Below are positions 1 to 9,778 of a DNA stretch of 64,000 bases, one piece after another (positions within the stretch are counted from its first letter, which is position 1; every line of letters begins with the position of its first letter). The stretch comes from an uncultured Acholeplasmataceae bacterium (GTDB lineage Bacteria; Bacillota_I; Bacilli_A; Acholeplasmatales; Acholeplasmataceae), in NCBI GenBank assembly GCA_963541505.1, contig CAUTSJ010000003.1:590-64589 (forward strand), written 5' to 3'. A program made the position numbers and the translations under genes. A model generated the notes under the pieces. The model made no database searches, was not told where the DNA came from, and saw nothing but the letters and a program-made list of their open reading frames with translations.

Positions 1-162
1 GTAGATGTAGTTGGGCTTTGTTTTGACTACTGCGTGGCTGAGTGCGCACGCATCACTAAAGAAAAACACCCTGAAGTCACTGTAAAAATCTACAAGGCAG
101 CAACAGTTGCCATTGACAAAACAGCGAATCCTAATGTTGGTATGGCTTCAGTTGTTGAATAG
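1..162 (+). CDS. 3' end of an isochorismatase-family hydrolase (nicotinamidase/PncA-like), 5' part outside the window
   Basis: Frame 1 reads VDVVGLCFDYCVAECARITKEKHPEVTVKIY...MASVVE then TAG at 160-162. The V-x-V-x-G-L-x-x-D-x-C-V segment around a Cys is typical of the isochorismatase/nicotinamidase fold. Confidence 0.55.
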   Translation, partial: VDVVGLCFDYCVAECARITKEKHPEVTVKIYKAATVAIDKTANPNVGMASVVE

Positions 163-174
163 TATTAAAACACG

Positions 175-204
175 AAAAAATCCCTCTAAATAGAGGGATT
201 TTTT
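175..204. terminator. Bidirectional intrinsic terminator between convergent genes
   Basis: Inverted repeat ATCCCTC..GAGGGAT preceded by an A-run and followed by a T-run. It lies between the stop of the + strand gene (162) and the stop of glyA (214). Confidence 0.7.
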
Positions 205-213
205 AATGAATTG

Positions 214-1437
214 TTAGTAGTTTAAAGGATGCAAATTACACAATTTAGCAACTGTTTGTTTTACTTCTAAAATAGTTTTTTTGTCTTTGTTAGTCAAAAC
301 TAAGTCAATTAGTCTGGCAATTTCCTTAAACTCAGCACCACTAAAACCACGAGAAGTTAAAGCTGCTGAACCTAATCTAATGCCAGATGTATATTTAGGA
401 TACTCTGTGTCAAAGGGAATTGAGTTTTTATTGACAGTAATATTTGCCTGCTCTAGTATATCTTGTGCAGCAAGCCCAGTTAAACCGGTTTTATTTTTTA
501 CTTCAAGCAATACTATATGGTTATCAGTTCCACCAGAAATCACACGGTAGCCAAGGCGACTAAACTCACTAGCCATGGCTTTTGCGTTGTCTAAGTATCT
601 TTGCACGTATTGCTTAAACTCAGGTTCAAGCGCTTCTTTAAAGCACACGGCCTTTCCTGCAATTACGTGCATCAAAGGTCCGCCTTGAACCCCTGGGAAA
701 ACTGCCTTGTTAACCTTTTTTGCGATGCTTTCGTTGTTTGTTAAAATCAAACCACCGCGTGGTCCTCTAAGAGTTTTATGGGTGGTTGTTGTGACTACAT
801 CTGCGTATTTGACCGCATTTGAGTGCAGGCCAACTGCAACTTGTGCAGAAATATGGGCGATATCTGCCATTAAGTAAGCACCGACAGAATCGGCAATTTC
901 TTTAAAGCGCTTAAAGTCAATTTCGCGGCTATAGGCAGAAGCACCGCATACTATTAGTTTTGGTTTAATTTCATTGGCTAATTTTTCAATTTCTGCGTAG
1001 TTTAACTGTTCAGTTTTTTTATCTAAGTCATAGGCAAAACACTTGTAAAACTGACCAGAAAAAGAAAGTGAGTAGCCGTGTGTTAAGTGTCCACCCGCGT
1101 TTAGGCCCATGCCGAGTATTGTGTCGCCAGGCTTTAAAAGCGCTAAGTAAACCGCGGCGTTTGCTTGACTTCCAGAATGTGGTTGCACGTTTGCAAATTT
1201 ACAGTTAAAGAGTTTTTTGGCGCGCTCAATTGCCAATGCTTCAATTTCATCTATGTATTTACATCCACCATAATAACGGGCAGAAGGATAACCTTCGGCG
1301 TATTTGTTGGTCAAAATAGAGCCAACTGCTGTAAGTACGTCATTAGAAACATAGTTTTCAGAGGCAATTAACTCAAGACCAACTGATTGGCGAGCTTTTT
1401 CATTTTCAATAATTTTTTTAATTTTAAGATCTTTCAT
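214..1437 (-). CDS. glyA: Serine hydroxymethyltransferase
   Basis: 407-aa ORF with SHMT hallmarks [16 protein letters not shown] and the PLP-lysine segment [14 protein letters not shown]. Confidence 0.95.
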   Translation of the reverse strand: MKDLKIKKIIENEKARQSVGLELIASENYVSNDVLTAVGSILTNKYAEGYPSARYYGGCKYIDEIEALAIERAKKLFNCKFANVQPHSGSQANAAVYLALLKPGDTILGMGLNAGGHLTHGYSLSFSGQFYKCFAYDLDKKTEQLNYAEIEKLANEIKPKLIVCGASAYSREIDFKRFKEIADSVGAYLMADIAHISAQVAVGLHSNAVKYADVVTTTTHKTLRGPRGGLILTNNESIAKKVNKAVFPGVQGGPLMHVIAGKAVCFKEALEPEFKQYVQRYLDNAKAMASEFSRLGYRVISGGTDNHIVLLEVKNKTGLTGLAAQDILEQANITVNKNSIPFDTEYPKYTSGIRLGSAALTSRGFSGAEFKEIARLIDLVLTNKDKKTILEVKQTVAKLCNLHPLNY

Positions 1438-1479
1438 ATGTTCACCTTTTTAAATATCTATCTACATTTAAAAATTAAA

Positions 1480-4400
1480 TTAAATTCCACTGTATGCTTC
1501 TGCGATTTTGTTGATTTTTAAAGATATGCTATTTTTAATTTTTTCCCTTTTGCCATCCATACGAGAAATTGGTGGAATTATTCGGTCAAGTGAATCGCCA
1601 ACACGTTCAAAATAACCAATTTTAATCGCGTTTTCAATTACTCGCTTTGCACCTTCTTTTAGCTTTTCTTCCTCAATTAGCGTATTTATTTCTTTTAGTT
1701 TTTCATTTTTTGCAAAATCGTAAAATGCTCTTATGGTGTCGTCTATATCTTTAAAATCTAACAAATTAGTGCTATCTATAAAGCTTAAAATTAGTGCTTC
1801 TTTAGCTCTGTAGCGTGTTGTTGATTTAATTAGTCTGATAACTTCTACTTTAATATTATCTAAATTGTTATTTTCTTTTACTTTTTCAAATATTAAATTA
1901 AGTATATAGTCTAAGTTTATTTCTTCTGATTTAAGCAAATCAATTTGAAACTCAATGTCAGAATAATCAATCCGGTTAGTTTGACTTATTTCATGTTTTT
2001 TTACTTTTAAATGTTCTTCACGAATATCTAGATAAACGCTTTTCATGTCTTGCATTTGTCTATCTGTAAAAATTTTTTCAAAATTACCAAACTCGTCAAA
2101 ATTTTTAAGTATGTTCTCTGTTTTAATAAGCTCGCCAAAAAGCCGAACAAATGTTTTTTTGTCAACTTCTAAAGCAATTTCTCTAGGCTCTGGAAACTTA
2201 GTTAGAAGTTCTTTGCAAATTTCTGTGTAGCCTTTTTTTATTTCACCGCTTTCGTTGTCTTTAAAGCCGTTTATATAGTCGCCAAAACTTTTTTCTAAAA
2301 TAATTTTTGTGCTATTTTCATCACCAAATATTTTGATTGCGTCTTTAGTCGCATCATCAAGGTCTCTAAAACAAACGATATTTCCAAATACTTTTTGTTT
2401 ATTCAAAATTCTATTAGTTCTAGAAAAAGCCTGAATTAAACCGTGATAACGTAGATTTTTATCAACAAAAAGTGTGTTTAACTTTGGTGCATCGAAACCA
2501 GTTAAAAACATACCAACGACTATTAGTAAATCTACTTCGCAATCTTTAACTTTTTGTGAAAGGTCTTTGTAGTAATTTTGAAAATCATTGTCACTTAAAG
2601 AAAAATTTGTTTTAAAGTCGTGGTTGTATTCAGAAATAACTTTACTTAAAAACTCTTTGCCAGTGGAGTTTAAAGCAGATATCTCCATGCTTTCATCAGG
2701 AATTTCGCCTTTAGACTCTTCGTTTGGACCAAAACTAAAAATTGTGGCTATCTTTAATCTTTTTTCAGGTGAAAACTCTTGCAGTTTATTTAGTTCTTGG
2801 TAGTATAATTTAGCAGCTTCAATACTTTGCACAGCAAACATGGCATTAAATCCATTTTTTCTTTTTTCCTCTACCCTAAGATGCTCGTTTCGACAAGTTT
2901 TTGTGTTAAATACAGTTAAAATATGTTTAGAAATTTCGTGAATTCGCTCAGGGTGTAAAAAAGTATTTGCTTCAAGTTTTTTTAGTTTATCTTCATCTTT
3001 TTCCTCTTCGGCTGTCTTAAATTTAGGAACAATACTATTGTAGTCTACTTTAAACTTTAAAACTTTATGGTCGCGAATCGCATCAGTTATCACGTAACTG
3101 TGTAGTTGTGCACCAAAAACACCTGCAGTTGTATCTCCAGATAAAGAGTTTTCTACAAAAATAGGAGTACCGGTAAAGCCAAATTGATAATGTTTTTTAA
3201 AAGATTTGCAGATATTTTTTTGAGCCACTCCGAATTGAGAACGGTGGCACTCATCAAATATCAATACACATTCTTTTGAGTAAACTTCGTGTTTTGGGTT
3301 TCTCTTTATAAACTCATTTAGTTTCTGAATTGTGGTAACCACAATTTTGTTGTCGATTTTTTCAATACTTTTTTTAAGTTCGCGAGTGTCTTTACTACCG
3401 TTTACACTGTCTTGTTCAAATTTTTGGTATTCCTTCATTGTCTGATAATCAAGGTCTTTTCGGTCAACTATAAAAAAGACTTTGTCAATAAATGGCAGTT
3501 TTGTGGCAAGTCTGGCAGTTTTAAAAGAGGTTAGAGTTTTGCCTGAGCCTGTAGTGTGCCAAATATAACCGCCAGCCTCTGGTTTCCCTGCTTTATTAGT
3601 TTCATGGCTTGAGTTTATTTTCCACAAAATACGTTCAGTTGCTGCAATTTGATAAGGTCGCATAACTAGTAAAGTATAATTTGCATCAAACACACAGTAT
3701 TTAGTCAAAATTTCTAAAATTACTCTTTTTTCAAAAAAAGTTTTAGTAAAATCAACTAAATCCGAAATTTTGTTGTTTTTAGCATCAGACCAATCGCAGA
3801 CAAACTCATAGGCTTTTTTGGCGGTGTCAGTAGTATTTGCAAAGTATTTAGTGTATGTGCCGTTTGAAATTACAAAAATTTGAACATATCGGTAAAGTGA
3901 GTCTTTTGAATTAAAACTTTCTCTTGAGTATCTGTGAATTTGGTCAAACGCCTCGTGTAAATTAACGCCGCGCTTTTTTAGTTCTATATGTACAAGCGGC
4001 AAACCATTTACTAAAATTGTGACGTCATAGCGGTTTTTGTATTCCCCTTGAACTTCTAGTTGGTTCACAACTTGCAGGCTATTGTTATGGATATTTGTTT
4101 TGTCAATTATCTTAATGTTTTTTAAGTTTCCGTCGTCAAATTTAAAAGACCAAATATGGTTTTCTTGAATTTTTTTAGTTTTTTCAAGTATTCCATCGTT
4201 CGGAGAGTCTAGATATTCTTGCAGAAATCTTTGCCATTCTAAGTCAGTGAACTTTGTATTATTTAGAGTTTCAATTTGTTTTTTTAAGTTTTGTTTTAGT
4301 TTATCTGGAGTTTTTAAGTCAAGAATTTCATATCCTTGATCAAAAAGATTTTTAAGCAATTGTTTTTCTAACTCAGCCTCTGTTTGATAAGAGGAATCTA

Positions 4401-4491
4401 GTTTTTCTACTTTTTTGTATTCAGCTAAAATGATACCATTGGTCATTTCAACGATTGTTGATGTTTTAAACTCATTTTTTTCAGCTCGCAT
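1480..4491 (-). CDS. hsdR: Type I restriction enzyme R subunit (HsdR)
   Basis: 1003-aa ORF with SF2 helicase motifs HTTGSGKTLT (Walker A), LIFDECHRSQ (DEAH-type box) and QAFSRTNR (motif VI). RBS AAAGGAGAG lies upstream. It is the last gene of the hsdM-hsdS-hsdR cluster. Confidence 0.9.
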   Translation of the reverse strand: MRAEKNEFKTSTIVEMTNGIILAEYKKVEKLDSSYQTEAELEKQLLKNLFDQGYEILDLKTPDKLKQNLKKQIETLNNTKFTDLEWQRFLQEYLDSPNDGILEKTKKIQENHIWSFKFDDGNLKNIKIIDKTNIHNNSLQVVNQLEVQGEYKNRYDVTILVNGLPLVHIELKKRGVNLHEAFDQIHRYSRESFNSKDSLYRYVQIFVISNGTYTKYFANTTDTAKKAYEFVCDWSDAKNNKISDLVDFTKTFFEKRVILEILTKYCVFDANYTLLVMRPYQIAATERILWKINSSHETNKAGKPEAGGYIWHTTGSGKTLTSFKTARLATKLPFIDKVFFIVDRKDLDYQTMKEYQKFEQDSVNGSKDTRELKKSIEKIDNKIVVTTIQKLNEFIKRNPKHEVYSKECVLIFDECHRSQFGVAQKNICKSFKKHYQFGFTGTPIFVENSLSGDTTAGVFGAQLHSYVITDAIRDHKVLKFKVDYNSIVPKFKTAEEEKDEDKLKKLEANTFLHPERIHEISKHILTVFNTKTCRNEHLRVEEKRKNGFNAMFAVQSIEAAKLYYQELNKLQEFSPEKRLKIATIFSFGPNEESKGEIPDESMEISALNSTGKEFLSKVISEYNHDFKTNFSLSDNDFQNYYKDLSQKVKDCEVDLLIVVGMFLTGFDAPKLNTLFVDKNLRYHGLIQAFSRTNRILNKQKVFGNIVCFRDLDDATKDAIKIFGDENSTKIILEKSFGDYINGFKDNESGEIKKGYTEICKELLTKFPEPREIALEVDKKTFVRLFGELIKTENILKNFDEFGNFEKIFTDRQMQDMKSVYLDIREEHLKVKKHEISQTNRIDYSDIEFQIDLLKSEEINLDYILNLIFEKVKENNNLDNIKVEVIRLIKSTTRYRAKEALILSFIDSTNLLDFKDIDDTIRAFYDFAKNEKLKEINTLIEEEKLKEGAKRVIENAIKIGYFERVGDSLDRIIPPISRMDGKREKIKNSISLKINKIAEAYSGI

Positions 4492-4537
4492 TTAAATTCT
4501 CTCCTTTTTAGTAACAACTGCAACAGCTTAAAATTAA

Positions 4538-5710
4538 CTAATTGAAAGACAAAAGTTTTTCTCGGTAGTATTCAAATTGTTTTTGGCGTTGAGCGATTTC
4601 TTTCGGCAGTAAACCTTTTGCTTCAGATATTAAGCTTTCAAATTTATCTAGGATTTTTACAATTTTTGTTTGTATTTCGAGACACGGAAGCGGAATTTGA
4701 ATTTTTTTGAATAATTCTCTAGAAACATTGTTTCTAGTAACACCAGATGCTGTTTTAATAATTTTTTGGCGTATTGTTGCTGATCTAAATAAATGTTTAG
4801 AAAAATCTGGTAGCAGTAGGCTTGGGTCATGTAATCTAAGAAAAAAACAAAAACTGTTTAAATAGATATCTTCACTAGGGGTTGTAGTGATAACCGAGGA
4901 CAGCCCACATTCATCTAGGGTTTCAGATGAGCCTGTAAACAAAATATCGCCTAACTTTAGTTCCATATGTTTTTCGCCTGGCTGTATTTTAACTTTAGTA
5001 TCTGTATTCAAGTCAGTTGCTGGGTTTGCGTGTATATTGTTGTAAGTAATGAATTTTGCGTTGCCATCTACAAAATCATTTCTAGATTTGCCAGTCATTC
5101 CGCCGTATAGTTCACCAATTTCGCCAATAGTTTTGTATTTTGTGCTAAATAGGTTTAAACCTGCGACTTTGGCTGCAGCTTTTAAAAATAGCAAATATTG
5201 GTTAGAGTTTACCCCCCCCATTGTGTCAAAAGCGAGCAGTTTTTCGCGGTAGTATTCGTATTGCTTTTGGCGTTGCGTAATTTCTTGTGGAAGTAGTCCT
5301 TTAGTTTCTGCTTGCATTGACTCTAGTTTATCTAGAATTTTAACAATTTTTTCTTGAATATTTTTAGATGTTAAAGGAACTTTAATATTATCAAGAAAAT
5401 CTTTAGAAATGCTTGGTATTCCAACACCTACTTTTGTTTCTTGCAAGTCATACTGTTTATTTTTTAAGACATGAAACATTAGTCTGTTGAAAGTGTCATA
5501 GTCATATTGGTATTTTTTTAAAGCATCTTGATTTGGAATAACAGAATAGGCGTGAGCTCCCAACCAAAACTTACTTTCTAAAAAGTTAACAAAACCTACG
5601 GAACCACCTTGTGCAACTGTTATAGTGTTTTCATTACAGTTAAATATATCAACATAGCCTGATGGCAAAACTCCACCATTGATAACTGGATATTTTCCTA
5701 CTTTTTGCAT
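4538..5710 (-). CDS. hsdS: Type I R-M specificity subunit module with two TRDs and two conserved coiled-coil regions; annotated ATG is internal to a TRD
   Basis: 390 aa. It has two conserved regions, [30 protein letters not shown] and IQTKIVKILDKFES..QRQKQFEYYREKLLSF, each preceded by a variable domain. The frame stays open upstream to about 5793, encoding a TRD-start-like ..FEKTLGWKKLFEVANIAKGVQL.. with no start codon or RBS. Confidence 0.8.
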   Translation of the reverse strand: MQKVGKYPVINGGVLPSGYVDIFNCNENTITVAQGGSVGFVNFLESKFWLGAHAYSVIPNQDALKKYQYDYDTFNRLMFHVLKNKQYDLQETKVGVGIPSISKDFLDNIKVPLTSKNIQEKIVKILDKLESMQAETKGLLPQEITQRQKQYEYYREKLLAFDTMGGVNSNQYLLFLKAAAKVAGLNLFSTKYKTIGEIGELYGGMTGKSRNDFVDGNAKFITYNNIHANPATDLNTDTKVKIQPGEKHMELKLGDILFTGSSETLDECGLSSVITTTPSEDIYLNSFCFFLRLHDPSLLLPDFSKHLFRSATIRQKIIKTASGVTRNNVSRELFKKIQIPLPCLEIQTKIVKILDKFESLISEAKGLLPKEIAQRQKQFEYYREKLLSFN

Positions 5711-5793
5711 ATTACTTTTGTTAAGTTGAACGCCTTTAGCAATATTTGCAACTTCAAATAATTTTTTCCATCCTAGCGTTTTTTCAAAACTAT

Positions 5794-6465
5794 TTAATTT
5801 ACTCTCTCTCTCTCTCGCACGGCGGTCAATTTGTTTAAGTATTCTTCGCTTAAAAGTAATTCCCTATAGTACTCATATTGTTTAACTCTAGCCCGCAATT
5901 CAGCCTGCAATTCAGCCTGCAATTCAGCAACATAATTTGTAAAATTATCAAGGATTTTAACAATTTTTTCTTGAACTTTTAAAGCAGGTATAGGTATTTC
6001 AATCTCTAATATTTTGCTCATATCTGGATGTTTAATACCAGAACCTCTGTAATAACTTACTATCAAATCAATTTTATTTAATAGGCTGTAGTAAATAAAT
6101 TTATTTGAAACTTTTGTATTGTCATTAGATGTTGCAATTCTATTATCAGCAGCAATAAATTTACCATTAAAATATTGTACTATCGCATTTCCACCAGAAG
6201 GTATGTAAATAATTTCATCGTTATACACCGTGTATGCATTTTTTTCATTTGTAAAAAGATTTGATTTATACGTTGTTAATATTTTAATATCACCGTCATC
6301 GCAAGCGAGATTTCTTACTTTGTTTGATTGATAACATCTATACTTATTGATTTTAGGTTGTTTGTGTTTTGCAACTCCTTGAAATTTTTTATCCCGAGTC
6401 GTAATTTCCCATAATTTTTTCCATTCGACTTTTTCATTTTTAAGCAGTTCTTCAATCTTGCTCAT
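5794..6465 (-). CDS. hsdS: Half-size Type I specificity subunit (one TRD plus central conserved region)
   Basis: The start is taken at the ATG at 6463-6465 ([21 protein letters not shown]), preceded by AAGGAG with a 7-nt spacer and overlapping the hsdM stop. The conserved region is [41 protein letters not shown]. The ORF ends ..AVRERERVN* right after the (GA)7 tract. Confidence 0.75.
   Translation of the reverse strand: MSKIEELLKNEKVEWKKLWEITTRDKKFQGVAKHKQPKINKYRCYQSNKVRNLACDDGDIKILTTYKSNLFTNEKNAYTVYNDEIIYIPSGGNAIVQYFNGKFIAADNRIATSNDNTKVSNKFIYYSLLNKIDLIVSYYRGSGIKHPDMSKILEIEIPIPALKVQEKIVKILDNFTNYVAELQAELQAELRARVKQYEYYRELLLSEEYLNKLTAVRERERVN
5802..5816. repeat. (CT)7C on + strand = (GA)7 dinucleotide repeat in the sense strand of hsdS
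   Basis: Read directly: a-ctctctctctctctc-g at 5802-5816, located exactly at the frame break between the two hsdS ORFs. Confidence 0.95.
5891..5926. repeat. 3 x 12-bp in-frame tandem repeat inside the hsdS central conserved region
   Basis: GCC(C/T)GCAATTCA x3 on the + strand, encoding [12 protein letters not shown] on the sense strand. Confidence 0.9.
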
Positions 6466-8026
6466 CTTCAAACTCCTTAACAATTTCGTCTATTGATTTT
6501 CTAAGTGCATCTATTTTTGTGACAGTTTCTTTAATTTCATTATTTAAAACAGCAATATCAACCTTTTCTCTTGTGTCTTTTTTAGAAACATAGGAAGAAA
6601 CCGATAAATTATATTGGTTTTCCTGAATTTCTTTTATATCTACATATCTAGAGAAATACTCAATTCCTTTTCTTTCTTTGAATTCTTTTAAAATTGCTTC
6701 TATGTTTTTGTCATCTAAAATATTGTTATTAGGTTCTTTTTTAAACTCAGCACTGGCGTCTATGAAAAGTATTTTGTTTTCTGTTTTGTTTTTAGCCATC
6801 ACTAAAATACAAGTCGGTATACCTGTTCCAAAAAATAGGTTATCGGGAAGTTGAATTATTGAGTCTATATAATTGTTGTCAACTAAGTACTTGCGAATTG
6901 TCTGTTCGGCACCTTTTCTGTAGAAAATGCCTGGAAAACAAACAATTGCAGCCCTGCCTTTACTAGAAAGATAAGCTAGCGAGTGCATAATAAACGCAAA
7001 GTCTGCTTTTGATTTGGGAGCAAGGCGACCCGCTGGTGCGAATCTTTCGTCGTTTATCAAAGTAGGGTCATCATCTCCTACCCATTTAATTGAGTAAGGT
7101 GGATTTGAAACTATTGCATCAAAAGGTTTCTCTTCTTTGTGTTGTGGATTTAAAAGAGTATCTCCTCGCTTAATTGAAAAATTACTGTAGTTGATGTCGT
7201 GCAAAAACATATTCATCCTGGCTAGATTAAAGTTAGTGATGTTAATTTCTTGGCCATAAAAGCCTTCTTCTATAATGTGTTCGTCAAACTGTTTTTTCAT
7301 TTGCAAAAGTAAACTACCGCTTCCGCAAGTCGGGTCGTATACTTTGTTTATCTCAGTTTTGCCAAGCATGACAATTTTAGCCAAAAGTTTAGACACAGTT
7401 TGTGGTGTAAAAAACTCACCGCCAGATTTACCTGCATTGCTTGCATAATTGGAAATCAAGTACTCATAAGCATCGCCAAAAGCATCAATTTCATTATCTT
7501 GGAAGTTTTTGAAGTTAATTTCAGCAATACCTTCTAAAATGTCTGTGAGTCTTTTGTTTCTTTCGGCAACAGTAGCGCCCAGCCTGTTGCTAGTGGTGTC
7601 TATGTCTTCAAATAAACCTTTAATGTCGTTTTCAGACTCATGGCCAATTGCGCTATTTTCAATTGCTTTAAATGTATTTGCCAAATCTACGTTTAGGTTT
7701 TCGTTGCTGCGAGCGGTTTTGACGACATTTTGAAACAATTGACTAGGTAAGATAAAAAAACCTTTTTCTTCAACTGTACCTGGTTTGTAATATTTTAAGG
7801 CCTCATCATCTGTAATTTTTGCATAATCAAAATCTAAACTTTCTACTTTGTTGAAGTGTTCTGCCAGGTTTTCTGAAATAAAACGGTAAAATAAAATCCC
7901 TAAAATGTATTGCTTAAAATCCCAACCATCTACAGCACCACGAACTTTGTCAGCAATGGACCAAATTTTACGGTGTAGTTCCGCTCTTTGTTCGTTTTCT
8001 TTGTTTGAGTTAGTTAAATTAGTCAT
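6452..8026 (-). CDS. hsdM: Type I R-M N6-adenine DNA methyltransferase subunit (HsdM)
   Basis: 524 aa with AdoMet motif [10 protein letters not shown], catalytic motif [10 protein letters not shown] and an HsdM-type N-terminal domain. Confidence 0.93.
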   Translation of the reverse strand: MTNLTNSNKENEQRAELHRKIWSIADKVRGAVDGWDFKQYILGILFYRFISENLAEHFNKVESLDFDYAKITDDEALKYYKPGTVEEKGFFILPSQLFQNVVKTARSNENLNVDLANTFKAIENSAIGHESENDIKGLFEDIDTTSNRLGATVAERNKRLTDILEGIAEINFKNFQDNEIDAFGDAYEYLISNYASNAGKSGGEFFTPQTVSKLLAKIVMLGKTEINKVYDPTCGSGSLLLQMKKQFDEHIIEEGFYGQEINITNFNLARMNMFLHDINYSNFSIKRGDTLLNPQHKEEKPFDAIVSNPPYSIKWVGDDDPTLINDERFAPAGRLAPKSKADFAFIMHSLAYLSSKGRAAIVCFPGIFYRKGAEQTIRKYLVDNNYIDSIIQLPDNLFFGTGIPTCILVMAKNKTENKILFIDASAEFKKEPNNNILDDKNIEAILKEFKERKGIEYFSRYVDIKEIQENQYNLSVSSYVSKKDTREKVDIAVLNNEIKETVTKIDALRKSIDEIVKEFEDEQD

Positions 8027-8057
8027 ATAATCTCCTTAATTTAAATCAATAATAAAA

Positions 8058-8085
8058 TAAAAAGCCAACGCAAACATACGCTAGC
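8058..8085 (-). terminator. Probable intrinsic terminator of hpf
   Basis: On the minus-strand RNA, GCUAGCG pairs with CGUUGGC (two G-U pairs, so it forms only on this strand), followed by a U-rich run. Confidence 0.4.
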
Positions 8086-8124
8086 CTTATATTTAAGCTA
8101 TTTATTAAAATAATAAACTTTTAA

Positions 8125-8676
8125 CTATTCAGTTTCAATAACTGCTAAATTTCCATCGTTTCTGCGGTAAATTATGCAAACTTTGTCATTTTCTACATTT
8201 TTAAAAATATAGAAAGAATGATCTAAAGTTTCCATTTTAAAAATTGCTTCATCTACAGTAATTGGTTCAAGTGCAATTGATTTAACTCTGACAATGTCTT
8301 CACCGTAAATACTGGTTTTTGCAATAGCATCTGCTAATTTTGCATTTTCTTCTTTAATACCACGGTTTTTATTTTTAGAAAAACGCAAAGCAAACTTATC
8401 TTTTTGTTTAGTTAGTTGACGAAGTAGTTTATCAACCGCTAGGTCAATTGCTGCATAAATATCTTTTTGTTCAACTTCAGCACGCATAGTAATTTTTGGT
8501 AGAGTTAAAGTAATTTCTACTTTTTGCATATCATTGTAAACTTTGCAAACAACTCTTACTTTTATATCGTCTTCTGGAATTAATTTTAAAACTTTTTCAA
8601 GTTTTTTCTCAGAGTATTTTTCAATACTATCGCTTGGAATAAATCCGTTTTTACCTTGTACTTTAATATTCATCAT
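8125..8676 (-). CDS. hpf: Ribosome hibernation promoting factor, long form
   Basis: 183 aa with an N-terminal RaiA/YfiA-like domain and a C-terminal dimerisation domain (..SFYIFKNVENDKVCIIYRRNDGNLAVIE). Confidence 0.88.
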   Translation of the reverse strand: MMNIKVQGKNGFIPSDSIEKYSEKKLEKVLKLIPEDDIKVRVVCKVYNDMQKVEITLTLPKITMRAEVEQKDIYAAIDLAVDKLLRQLTKQKDKFALRFSKNKNRGIKEENAKLADAIAKTSIYGEDIVRVKSIALEPITVDEAIFKMETLDHSFYIFKNVENDKVCIIYRRNDGNLAVIETE

Positions 8677-9046
8677 TTGTTCCTACCTTTCTTAAACTGA
8701 GAATAATGACGTTGGTTTTAAAAACTTTTTTCAAAACCTTATCTACACTTATATTATACTCTAACAAGAAGAAAATAGGTGTTCCTGTTTTAATTTTTTC
8801 ACTAAAAACTAGCGCAAAAAATTGCAGGTATACCTCTTCTGGTATTTCTGGATTGAAGTGCTCAAAATAATATAAATTACACACGGATTTTTGTGCTGTT
8901 GGAAAAGTTTCGTGTGCTAAAGAAAAGTCGTTTGAACGCATACAAGTTTTACAAAAAATATTTCTATTTAACTTAAAAAAAGTAAAAAAGTTTATTTCGT
9001 TTTCAATTTCTTCTAAACATAAAAAGCACTTCATATTAACACACAT
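8663..9046 (-). CDS. Hypothetical Cys-rich protein, possibly a degenerate ComF-type remnant
   Basis: 127 aa with an N-terminal CxxC...CxxC pattern (CFLC..CKTC) like ComFC, but no phosphoribosyltransferase motif. Its position upstream of hpf matches the comF-hpf synteny of Firmicutes. Both candidate ATGs lie inside the rsmE terminator hairpin. Confidence 0.35.
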   Translation of the reverse strand: MCVNMKCFLCLEEIENEINFFTFFKLNRNIFCKTCMRSNDFSLAHETFPTAQKSVCNLYYFEHFNPEIPEEVYLQFFALVFSEKIKTGTPIFFLLEYNISVDKVLKKVFKTNVIILSLRKVGTNDEY

Positions 9047-9066
9047 ATAGTTAACATGAAGTGCTT
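9021..9066 (-). terminator. Intrinsic terminator of rsmE
   Basis: Perfect 11-bp inverted repeat AAGCACTTCAT (9024-9034) / ATGAAGTGCTT (9056-9066), followed on the minus strand by a U-run. Confidence 0.6.
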
Positions 9067-9082
9067 AAAATACTTAAAAAAC

Positions 9083-9754
9083 TTATAAATTATTTAAAGC
9101 CCAAAGGATTCCAATAGCGGCACTTTCTGTAGTTAAAATGTTTTCGCCAAGCGAAACTATTTGACAATTTGAAAGGCTTTCAAAATACTTGCGTTCACTT
9201 ATATCAATACCGCCTTCTGGACCAATTATCAACAAAATATTTTTATCTTTGAAGTTTATAAAGTCAAACTTTTTGTCAAATTCAGCCTCTTCATCTGCCA
9301 ACAGTACCAAGTCGTATTTAGCAAAATCAATATCAGTTAAAGCGCTAAGCACTTTAATTTCTGGAACTTCAAAACGTTTAGCAATTTCAGCCGCCTCTTT
9401 TGCGATAGTTTCGGCTCTATTTAAGTTAAGTGGTTTAAGGTTTCTTTCGCTTCTATGAAAGGGTGCAAACATAAGTTTTCTTGCGCCATATAAGGTTAAA
9501 TGTTTAATTGAAAACTCACATTTTTTAGGAATAGTTAAACCTTGCACAACATCTACTTTAAAGACTTTAGTTTGTGCTAACTGTTTTTGTTTGATAAAAA
9601 CAGGTTCCTTTGCGTTGTAAGAAATCGCACCTAAAAAACACTCGTTATTTGCACAAACCTCAATTTGTGTACCTTCGCGTAGCCTCAATACATTTTTAAT
9701 TTGGTGCTTAATTTCAGGGTCAAACTCCCAGTTTTTGGTAAAAAAACGGTGCAC
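9083..9754 (-). CDS. rsmE: 16S rRNA (uracil1498-N3)-methyltransferase RsmE
   Basis: 223 aa with the RsmE-type C-terminal motif LLIIGPEGGI and an N-terminal PUA-like region. Confidence 0.85.
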   Translation of the reverse strand: MHRFFTKNWEFDPEIKHQIKNVLRLREGTQIEVCANNECFLGAISYNAKEPVFIKQKQLAQTKVFKVDVVQGLTIPKKCEFSIKHLTLYGARKLMFAPFHRSERNLKPLNLNRAETIAKEAAEIAKRFEVPEIKVLSALTDIDFAKYDLVLLADEEAEFDKKFDFINFKDKNILLIIGPEGGIDISERKYFESLSNCQIVSLGENILTTESAAIGILWALNNL

Positions 9755-9778
9755 TTTAAAAAATAAAAAAAGGTTTAC

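Noticed and set aside
6466-6483. Longer start (MLRSLK..) for the half-size hsdS
   Set aside because: The AAGGAG RBS lies within these codons, 7 nt upstream of the ATG at 6463-6465, which also gives the typical HsdS N-terminus.
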